IMG/VR virus record: IMGVR_UViG_3300036766_002289
Coordinates: 310,001 to 374,000 of that record
Direction: 5' to 3' (one strand)
Length of the DNA: 64,000 nucleotides
Under the pieces are notes generated by a model. It had not been told where the DNA came from. It ran no database searches and worked only from the letters and a program-made list of their open reading frames with translations. Both the position numbers and the translations under genes were made by a program. Positions 1 to 6,509 of the stretch are shown here, one piece after another (position 1 is the first letter of the stretch; each line of letters begins with the position of its first letter).

Positions 1-57
1 CAAGCTAAAATCAAAGAATACGGGTGCGAATGGAGTTTGAAGCTGGTAGAATTATAG
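1..57 (+). CDS. 3' end of an array ORF truncated by the window start
   Basis: Open frame QAKIKEYGCEWSLKLVEL ending at TAG 55-57 in the left arm of the first repeat. Confidence 0.6.
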   Translation, partial: QAKIKEYGCEWSLKLVEL

Positions 58-89
58 CTTAGTTGTACCAATTAGGTTGTAATTAACCC

Positions 90-181
90 CAAACAGGAGC
101 AAGGTCATGCGTTATTGGATTCGTCACGAAGACCTCAAACAGGAGCAAGGTCATGCGTTATTGGATTCGTCACGAAGACCT
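90..181 (+). repeat. Exact 46-bp tandem duplication covering RBS and first codons
   Basis: caaacaggagcaaggtcatgcgttattggattcgtcacgaagacct at 90-135 and 136-181. Confidence 0.95.
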
Positions 182-398
182 CAAAACGGCAAATTATTGT
201 GACAACTATGATTGCCCGCTTGCACGGGCCGTCAAGCGGAAACATCCCCTCGTCCATGTCCAAGTCAATTCCCGCTATGTTTTCATGAACGGCAAGGCTT
301 ACCACATTGCCACGCCGTCCGCTGACAAGCTGCTGTCATGGTCATGCAAAGAAATCATTCTCGACAAGGGCTTCCATGTCCGTCTCAGTGCGGCCTAG
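153..398 (+). CDS. Array hypothetical protein, 81 aa; paralog of 919-1215
   Basis: AGGAG RBS; MRYWIR...TANY...DCPLARAVKRK...KGFHVRL. Confidence 0.85.
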   Translation: MRYWIRHEDLKTANYCDNYDCPLARAVKRKHPLVHVQVNSRYVFMNGKAYHIATPSADKLLSWSCKEIILDKGFHVRLSAA

Positions 399-481
399 TT
401 TCAGGGTTCGCCCAACCCTGGCTTTACCTTAGTTGTACCAATTAGGTTGTGATTTCTTACCCTTTACCTGGAGTCTTGACA

Positions 482-649
482 ATGGGCAATGCTTTCCGTC
501 TGGCCAAGCTGCTGGTGATCGAGAATCCCAATCGTTCCGCCAAGTCCATCCGAGAGGAAATCGAGAAGATGACGGGCATCAACCTCGATGGCCGCGTGAT
601 CGGCGGCGAGAAGCGCATCCTCATCTATCGCAAGGGCAAAGCGGCCTAA
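482..649 (+). CDS. Array hypothetical protein, 55 aa
   Basis: Repeat + GGAG + ATG 482 (MGNAFRLAKLL...KGKAA). Confidence 0.8.
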   Translation: MGNAFRLAKLLVIENPNRSAKSIREEIEKMTGINLDGRVIGGEKRILIYRKGKAA

Positions 650-694
650 GCCAAGGGGTCGCCCACCCTGGCTTAACCTTAATGGAGAAATCCC

Positions 695-871
695 ATGAAT
701 GAAGAACTCAAAATCAAGCTCCACGAAATGCTCGAATCGTATTCAAGTCAACTTGATACGATTTGGTATAACTCTGATTCGGGTTCGCACATGGATTGGT
801 GCCGTAGGCAACAAGCTGAGATTGCCGAACTCATTGCCGAACTCGAAGCTGTTGACGCGATTTGCTGGTAG
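695..871 (+). CDS. Array hypothetical protein, 58 aa (not in ORF track)
   Basis: GGAG RBS, MNEELKIKLHEMLES...EAVDAICW, stops just before next repeat. Confidence 0.8.
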   Translation: MNEELKIKLHEMLESYSSQLDTIWYNSDSGSHMDWCRRQQAEIAELIAELEAVDAICW

Positions 872-918
872 GCATAACTTAGTTGTACCAATTAGGTTGC
901 CCAAAACAGGAGAATACA

Positions 919-1215
919 ATGCGTTTTTGGATTCGTCTGGCTGACCTCCGAACGGCGAACTACAGTAGCAATACGGACTGCTTTTTGGCCCGCGCCATCA
1001 AGCGTAAAATCCCAAAGGCTAAGGTTCTGGTCCATCCCGATTTTGTCGAGGTGGGTAAAACTCACTACGCGATTGTCGGCAATGGAGTGGACCGACTCAA
1101 AGAGGACCATGACACCAAGGAAAAAGGCTTCCACGTCCGACTCCGTAAAGTGAGTGGCTGGCTAGAGTGTAACCAAGCGAAAGCCGCAATTGACCACATC
1201 AGGACGTTCAATTAG
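919..1215 (+). CDS. Array hypothetical protein, 98 aa; paralog of 153-398
   Basis: Repeat + AGGAG + MRFWIR...TANY...DCFLARAIKRK...KGFHVRL. Confidence 0.85.
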   Translation: MRFWIRLADLRTANYSSNTDCFLARAIKRKIPKAKVLVHPDFVEVGKTHYAIVGNGVDRLKEDHDTKEKGFHVRLRKVSGWLECNQAKAAIDHIRTFN

Positions 1216-1264
1216 CTTAGTTGTACCAATTAGGTTGTGATTCAACCCAAACAGGAGAACGGCC

Positions 1265-1393
1265 ATGTTTGAAGTCATTCGCAACGGCAAGGTTCTGTTC
1301 CGCAATGCTTCCTATCAGCGTTGTCTCCAATTCAAGGCCCGCCACAAGCTCAATGCCATCATTCGGCCCATGCCCCAAATGCTCGCGGCCTAA
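1265..1393 (+). CDS. Array hypothetical protein, 42 aa
   Basis: Repeat + AGGAG + MFEVIRNGKVLF...QMLAA. Confidence 0.75.
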   Translation: MFEVIRNGKVLFRNASYQRCLQFKARHKLNAIIRPMPQMLAA

Positions 1394-1445
1394 GCCAAGG
1401 GGTCGCCCACCCCTGGTTCTATACCCTAGTTGTACCGAGGTTCAC

Positions 1446-1652
1446 ATGCTTATTCCCCGCGCCGTAGTGTTTGATTCAAAAGGCAAAGCTCTTTGTGCTG
1501 GCAATCCCTGCAATGGTTACTCTCATCGCACCGACTGCCGCCATACGACCATGCACCTACCATCGGAACATTTCGATTTTATCGACGTGAACGTGGAAGG
1601 CAAGACTGAGGCCGAAATCATGTATGAAATCACGGCGGAATACCACATCTAA
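1446..1652 (+). CDS. Array hypothetical protein, 68 aa, Cys/His-containing
   Basis: Partial repeat + GAGG + MLIPRAVVFDSKG. Confidence 0.7.
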   Translation: MLIPRAVVFDSKGKALCAGNPCNGYSHRTDCRHTTMHLPSEHFDFIDVNVEGKTEAEIMYEITAEYHI

Positions 1653-1672
1653 GGGCCATTCAGGTCTGAGTT

Positions 1673-1809
1673 GAGAGTGGCTTAAAATAGGAGCAAACCT
1701 ATCCGTGGCCGCATTAACTTCGGTTAGTGCCCGCCCAAGAAAGTAACGGGAGCCAACGGGAAACACCCTCCAAAAGTGGATTACCAATGACTCATCAATA
1801 ACCGCTCTT
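1673..1809 (+). ncRNA. Putative structured RNA occupying an array slot
   Basis: No SD-led ORF; closing helix GAGAGUGG/CCGCUCUU, hairpin AUAGG-agcaaa-CCUAU, hairpin GCAUUAAC-UUCG-GUUAGUGC. Confidence 0.5.
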
Positions 1810-1860
1810 ACCTTAGTTGTACCAATTAGGTTGTGATTCCACCCCAACAGGAGCAAAGTC

Positions 1861-2067
1861 ATGCTGGTTCTCGACAATCCCAAAGACATTGCCGCCTTCC
1901 GTAAGTTGGCACTACGTAGTGCTTTAGGGCTGGAAATGAAGGGCTTCAAACGGCATGGACCGTCTTGCTTCTCCATCATCAAGGCCGAATTCGGGCTGAA
2001 GGGCAACAAGCAAAAGGTCTATGACCAATTCACGGCACTGCTCAAAGAGCAAAACATCCTAGTCTAA
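1861..2067 (+). CDS. Array hypothetical protein, 68 aa
   Basis: Repeat + AGGAG + ATG. Confidence 0.85.
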   Translation: MLVLDNPKDIAAFRKLALRSALGLEMKGFKRHGPSCFSIIKAEFGLKGNKQKVYDQFTALLKEQNILV

Positions 2068-2143
2068 GGGCAGGGGTCGCCCAACCCTGGCATACCTTAG
2101 TTGTACCAATTAGGGTGTGATTCAACCCTAACAGGAGCAAGCC

Positions 2144-2377
2144 ATGCAGCAACTCGCAATCTTCAAGGATGGCAAACCTTTCGCCAACGTGCCTTGCGAC
2201 AAGGATTACTATCTTAGCCCCATATACAACGTCACTGCTCTGCCGTATGAAGTCAAGCAGAAAATCTGGAACTTCATCGGTGGTCAATCGGCTGATACCA
2301 AACATGGCGGACGTGGTTGGGACGTTGGTGAGTGGTCGTGGGAGTGGAAGACTCCCTCCGTCCATCGGAAAGCTTAG
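2144..2377 (+). CDS. Array hypothetical protein, 77 aa
   Basis: Repeat + AGGAG + ATG; TAG stop lies inside next repeat. Confidence 0.85.
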   Translation: MQQLAIFKDGKPFANVPCDKDYYLSPIYNVTALPYEVKQKIWNFIGGQSADTKHGGRGWDVGEWSWEWKTPSVHRKA

Positions 2378-2414
2378 TTGTACCAATTAGGGTGTAATTA
2401 AGGAGAACAAACCA

Positions 2415-2612
2415 ATGTACTGTGCATTCTGCCATCGTCCTTGTGGCCAACGTGAATACTGTGCCGAAGTGTGCCACCAAGAGCATGATGACGAACTGAA
2501 GTCCTTTCAGCAAGGCAATGCCGATGAACTGCCCATTGGCGATAGTTCGCAAGGCGCAAGCCGATACGGGGAGTGGGAACCAATCGAGTGGGACGTAACA
2601 GGTGGACTATAG
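2415..2612 (+). CDS. Array protein, 65 aa, N-terminal CxxC..CxxxC zinc-binding motif, acidic tail
   Basis: AAGGAG RBS; MYCAFCHRPCGQREYCAEVCH. Confidence 0.8.
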   Translation: MYCAFCHRPCGQREYCAEVCHQEHDDELKSFQQGNADELPIGDSSQGASRYGEWEPIEWDVTGGL

Positions 2613-2722
2613 CCTAGTTGTACCAATTAAGCAAATGGAGGAACGAATGAAAACAGGGTGCTACGTGGAGACTCACGGCAAAGTCTATCCCGCAAATGTA
2701 GCTAGCGAAAGGCGTTACGGCC

Positions 2723-2935
2723 TTGGCTAGTTGCGTCCCGAACGCAATGAAGACCGTAGAGGGACTATGTGAGTTCTATTGCGTTCGGTACTACGTTTGC
2801 CTGGAAGACTTCAGAATTGCCGTATACAATGCCCATGATGACAATTACCATGTCTTTCGCTGGTCAGTCAACCGCTATGTCTTAACTGGCGTCGAAGACT
2901 CAGTATCCCAAACCCATAAGGTGGGGATATCTTAG
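2723..2935 (+). CDS. Array hypothetical protein (start uncertain; a 27-aa ORF at 2647-2730 precedes it)
   Basis: ORF ends at TAG inside next repeat; weak RBS. Confidence 0.45.
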   Translation: MASCVPNAMKTVEGLCEFYCVRYYVCLEDFRIAVYNAHDDNYHVFRWSVNRYVLTGVEDSVSQTHKVGIS

Positions 2936-2977
2936 TTGTACCAATTGGGTTGTGATTTCCCAATCAGGAGCATGAAC

Positions 2978-3103
2978 ATGTGGTGGAAGTGCTTTGCTGA
3001 CGGTTCCGAGTTTGATATCATCTATGCCAACAGCAAGGACGAAGCAATCCAATTCGCCCGCCTGCGTCATGGAGAAGCAATCTGGACTGCTCGCCCTTAC
3101 TAA
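2978..3103 (+). CDS. Array hypothetical protein, 41 aa
   Basis: Repeat + AGGAG + MWWKCFADGSEFDIIYANSKDEAIQFAR. Confidence 0.75.
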   Translation: MWWKCFADGSEFDIIYANSKDEAIQFARLRHGEAIWTARPY

Positions 3104-3121
3104 ACCCTAGTTGTACCAAAC

Positions 3122-3283
3122 ATGCTGCAACAAAAGATCGAACAGAAACGGCGACTTGCCGTCCTGCGTAAACGACTCAATCGCCTTCGACTGCGTTACT
3201 TCGATCATGAGGACGCGGGCAAGGCAACGAAACATCAGCGGCTTGTCACCAAACTACTCAAGGCCATTTCCAAGGTGCAATGA
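3122..3283 (+). CDS. Array basic protein, 53 aa
   Basis: ATG directly after partial repeat; MLQQKIEQKRRLAVLRKRLNRLRLR; stop overlaps next start (ATGA). Confidence 0.65.
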   Translation: MLQQKIEQKRRLAVLRKRLNRLRLRYFDHEDAGKATKHQRLVTKLLKAISKVQ

Positions 3284-3489
3284 TGTGTCTCTGCGGCGAT
3301 ACCTATTGCTGGTCATGCGGTCCTGCTCAAGGCAATGCCCACTGTGAAGTCTGCGGCAGCTGGTCCGAAGACGGGGGCTGCGAGAATCCCGCCGAATGCG
3401 ATGCCAAGGCCCGCGAAATGGACAAGCTTTACGCGGAGCAAGAACTGGAAGCAGAACGGTTGGCCAAGGACTATCATTGGATACCTTAG
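3280..3489 (+). CDS. Array Cys-rich zinc-binding protein, 69 aa
   Basis: CLCGDTYCWSCG...CEVCG...C...C; TAG inside next repeat. Confidence 0.8.
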   Translation: MMCLCGDTYCWSCGPAQGNAHCEVCGSWSEDGGCENPAECDAKAREMDKLYAEQELEAERLAKDYHWIP

Positions 3490-3531
3490 TTGTACCGATT
3501 AGGGTGTAATTCACCCTCATAGGAGCAAGCC

Positions 3532-3702
3532 ATGAGTAAGACCAAGCGATTGCGGCTCGAAGCACGACTAAGGCGAGTGTGGCGAGATATTCAACGGGCA
3601 TTTCGTGGTGGAACATCATTCGGAATCGACGCGCCCACCCTTTGGGCATGTGAACCCGAACTTGCTGCCGAATTCTTCGCCCTTCGCAAGCAGTTAGCTT
3701 AG
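3532..3702 (+). CDS. Array hypothetical protein, 56 aa
   Basis: Repeat + AGGAG + MSKTKRLRLEARL; TAG inside next repeat. Confidence 0.8.
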   Translation: MSKTKRLRLEARLRRVWRDIQRAFRGGTSFGIDAPTLWACEPELAAEFFALRKQLA

Positions 3703-3745
3703 TTGTACCAATTAGGGTGTGATTACCCCTAAACGGAGAACTGTC

Positions 3746-4000
3746 ATGCTCGAAGACAGCAATGCCCTAGTCCACCAAAAGAACACGATCATCGACCTAA
3801 TCGACTTTCATAGCTACGAGGAAGCCATTCTGCTCCTCGCCTTCACCAAAGAACTTTGGGAAGAGTGCAGCTACGGTTATAAGTGGAAAGAACTGCAAGA
3901 TCGACTGCTGACCACACTCAGAAGCCAGCAAGAGGAAAACACTCACTGGAAGCAAGTCAAATCGCTCCAAGCAATCGCACAAAGGGTAATCAAACTATAA
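3746..4000 (+). CDS. Array hypothetical protein, 84 aa
   Basis: Repeat + GGAG + ATG 3746. Confidence 0.8.
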   Translation: MLEDSNALVHQKNTIIDLIDFHSYEEAILLLAFTKELWEECSYGYKWKELQDRLLTTLRSQQEENTHWKQVKSLQAIAQRVIKL

Positions 4001-4004
4001 GAGG

Positions 4005-4032
4005 AAAAGGCAGGGTAAAACCTGCCTTTTTT
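4005..4032. terminator. Intrinsic terminator, probably bidirectional
   Basis: AAAAGGCAGG-gtaaaa-CCTGCCTTTTTT. Confidence 0.85.
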
Positions 4033-4125
4033 CATTTCAAATAGGAATTGGTACAACTATGTTTTAATAACTTATAGCTTAGTTGTACCAATTAGGGTGT
4101 AATGCAACCCTAACAGGAGCAAGTC

Positions 4126-4323
4126 ATGCGATTTGAAGTCTATGCCAAGTATGGCAATCGCTGGTCTTACAAGGGCATTTATCAGGCCCGCGATAGCCGA
4201 CTGGCGGCTTATCAGGCTCAATACTCCACTGGCCGTAACGTTCTCAAGGTGCGGCCCGAAGATTCGCGGGACAAGTTCCTCGTCTACCGCATCACTTCTG
4301 CCCCGACTGTCACGGCAGGATAG
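4126..4323 (+). CDS. Array hypothetical protein, 65 aa
   Basis: Repeat + AGGAG + ATG. Confidence 0.85.
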   Translation: MRFEVYAKYGNRWSYKGIYQARDSRLAAYQAQYSTGRNVLKVRPEDSRDKFLVYRITSAPTVTAG

Positions 4324-4376
4324 CCTAGTTGTACCAATTCAGTTGTGATTCACCCTTAACCCCTTGGAGTCAAGTC

Positions 4377-4619
4377 ATGGCCACTGTCCTCGCTACTGGT
4401 CTTACCGCCACGGTTCGCTACACGGAGGTCCGCTCCGAAGGCCCCAACGGGCGTCGGAAGCTCCTCACCGAAGTCCGCGTAATGGCGGGCCAATTCGAGG
4501 TCGCAACCAAGACGTTGGCTGGCCGTTGGAGCCAGCAACAGGCCATGCGGGAGTTCAAGCGACTCCCAAAGGGCTGGTCCGTCAAGGACGCGGCAATGGC
4601 ACTGCTGCCCGCCGCCTAG
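4377..4619 (+). CDS. Array hypothetical protein, 80 aa
   Basis: Repeat + GGAG + MATVLATG...ALLPAA. Confidence 0.8.
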   Translation: MATVLATGLTATVRYTEVRSEGPNGRRKLLTEVRVMAGQFEVATKTLAGRWSQQQAMREFKRLPKGWSVKDAAMALLPAA

Positions 4620-4700
4620 AGGTGGGGCCATGAGGCCCTTCCTGGTCTATACCCTAGTTGTACCAATTAGGGTGTAATTCCCCGAAACTGGAGAACAGTC

Positions 4701-4901
4701 ATGATTGCCCTTGAACATGCGGCGCAAATGGTCGCCAAACTGCGTCAAGTCGATCAGAATGACGCAATGGAACTGTTCTTCCACTTTGATGATGTTTTCA
4801 AACTCAGCGACATGTACCGCCCCGATGACAATGGCAAATATATCATCATGTTTGCTGACCTCTGCGGGTATGGTATCGCCACCAACGTCAAGATAGCCTA
4901 G
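4701..4901 (+). CDS. Array hypothetical protein, 66 aa
   Basis: Repeat + GGAG + ATG; TAG inside next repeat. Confidence 0.8.
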   Translation: MIALEHAAQMVAKLRQVDQNDAMELFFHFDDVFKLSDMYRPDDNGKYIIMFADLCGYGIATNVKIA

Positions 4902-4944
4902 TTGTACCAATTAGGTTGTGATTACCCCCTAACTGGAGAAGACC

Positions 4945-5205
4945 ATGCTCGAATCAATCCAGCAAGACTTCATCGACGAAGGCTATCAATGGCATGAACA
5001 CATTTTCAATGACGGTCATGCCGAGTGCATGATTGAATTCACGAAGGACAAAAGCCCGCAAGCTCTTTCAACTTACCCACGTCCTGCCGATTGCGTCGGT
5101 TGGGGACGCTTTCCCCGCCTTCACGCATGGCAGCAGGCCCACGACTGGCTTCGCCAGCAAATCATTCGGGCGCAGATAGATGAATATGATGACGCAAGCT
5201 GTTAG
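4945..5205 (+). CDS. Array hypothetical protein, 86 aa
   Basis: Repeat + GGAG + ATG. Confidence 0.85.
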   Translation: MLESIQQDFIDEGYQWHEHIFNDGHAECMIEFTKDKSPQALSTYPRPADCVGWGRFPRLHAWQQAHDWLRQQIIRAQIDEYDDASC

Positions 5206-5294
5206 GGGTGGACGAGGGGACTGCCAACCCTCGCCTGGTCTATACCTTAGTTGTACCAATTAGGGTGTGATTAACCCCTAAACGGAGAACAGTC

Positions 5295-5573
5295 ATGTAC
5301 TACCTGACCTTGACCACTGCCGAACGACACGCCATTGATTGGGTCGGGCACCGCTATGACCACGGTTACGACCTTTACAAGCTGCTATGGGTCGAATCGG
5401 AACAAACTGACAATTCCCTTGATTGGGACAGCGACGATGATATTACTTTCCGCATTCCCGAAGCGGTTAGCTGGAAAATCGCCATGATTGGCGAACAATG
5501 CGGGCACCTTTGGGATTGTTTCAGCAACGCGCTGGCTCTGAAGCTGAATGAATTTTGTATGGAAATTGTTTAG
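5295..5573 (+). CDS. Array hypothetical acidic protein, 92 aa
   Basis: Repeat + GGAG + ATG. Confidence 0.85.
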   Translation: MYYLTLTTAERHAIDWVGHRYDHGYDLYKLLWVESEQTDNSLDWDSDDDITFRIPEAVSWKIAMIGEQCGHLWDCFSNALALKLNEFCMEIV

Positions 5574-5678
5574 GGGTGGGTTGGGGGAATGCAAACCCCA
5601 TCCTGGCTTTATAGCCTAGTTGTACCAATTAGGTTGTAATTCACCCCAAACCCCATCGCTCTGAGCCACGAGGACTAC

Positions 5679-5816
5679 ATGGAGGCCATTGACCGCGAAG
5701 ACGACACGGACGAAAGCCATCTCTTCGACAACACCGACTATGATCCGCTGGACGACGGTATCCTCGAAGACGAGGACGACGAGTACGAAGTCGAATTCGA
5801 GGAAGAAGACGACTGA
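5679..5816 (+). CDS. Very acidic 45-aa protein (25 D/E), possible DNA mimic
   Basis: MEAIDREDDTDESHLFDNTDYDPLDDGILEDEDDEYEVEFEEEDD; GAGGA upstream. Confidence 0.65.
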   Translation: MEAIDREDDTDESHLFDNTDYDPLDDGILEDEDDEYEVEFEEEDD

Positions 5817-5906
5817 CCTTCACGGCGGGGACTTCCACCCGCCACCTGGCTTCATACCTTAGTTGTACCAATTAAGGTATGATTCACCCCCAAACGGAGC
5901 CAAGTC

Positions 5907-6149
5907 ATGAAGCCGACAACGCAACCGTGGCGAACGTATGAACCAACATGGGCCGAACGTTTGGCCCGCACGACGTTGACCAAATGGCAATTGATGGACG
6001 CTTTCTTTGGCAGTGGTCGTCTCACCGTTAACGGTATTGAAGTCGGACTGGCTTCGATGCAACGTGAAGACGGAAGCGGTAGTTCTTTCAATCTGATTCT
6101 CAACAAGGGCCTCAACAGCTACGCTTGCTATTGTCGAACAACGGATTGA
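5907..6149 (+). CDS. Array hypothetical protein, 80 aa
   Basis: Repeat + GGAG + ATG. Confidence 0.85.
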   Translation: MKPTTQPWRTYEPTWAERLARTTLTKWQLMDAFFGSGRLTVNGIEVGLASMQREDGSGSSFNLILNKGLNSYACYCRTTD

Positions 6150-6212
6150 GAGGTAATTCTTTACCTTAGTTGTACTAATTAAGGTGTAAGATAACCCTAA
6201 CGGAGAACTGCA

Positions 6213-6389
6213 ATGCACGCTACTAAGGAACGGAAGAAGTCGGTCAAGGAAGGCTTCACCATTTCAACCCAAGTCATTTCGGGCCGTATGCCGATCAGCG
6301 TTCAAATCATGATGGCGGCACGTTGCCGTCGTATGGAAGACAAGCGGCGGAAGCTCAAGGCGAGAGATGAACGCCGCCTAAGTGATTGA
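6213..6389 (+). CDS. Array basic protein, 58 aa
   Basis: Repeat + GGAG + MHATKERKKSVKEG. Confidence 0.75.
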   Translation: MHATKERKKSVKEGFTISTQVISGRMPISVQIMMAARCRRMEDKRRKLKARDERRLSD

Positions 6390-6398
6390 GAGGCCAAC

Positions 6399-6506
6399 AT
6401 GGTAGATGGAGAGAAGCGTAAGCGACGTTCAGCTACCATTGCACGCACTACATGGTATGCTAAGTGGCGTTGCTATCGTATGTCCAAACGATTCGGCTAT
6501 ATCTAA
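6399..6506 (+). CDS. Small basic protein, 35 aa
   Basis: GAGG RBS; MVDGEKRKRRSATIARTTWYAKWRCYR. Confidence 0.55.
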   Translation: MVDGEKRKRRSATIARTTWYAKWRCYRMSKRFGYI

Positions 6507-6509
6507 TGG

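Noticed and set aside
2724-2737. GGCTAGTTGCG as another repeat copy or a TAG read-through site
   Set aside because: Only 6-7 bases match, there is no hairpin, and read-through gives only a short extension.
433-4619. ORF-track proteins starting MYQL.. at TTG inside the repeat, and minus-strand ORFs containing LIGTTK
   Set aside because: Artefacts of translating the repeat; true starts are the SD-led ATGs downstream.
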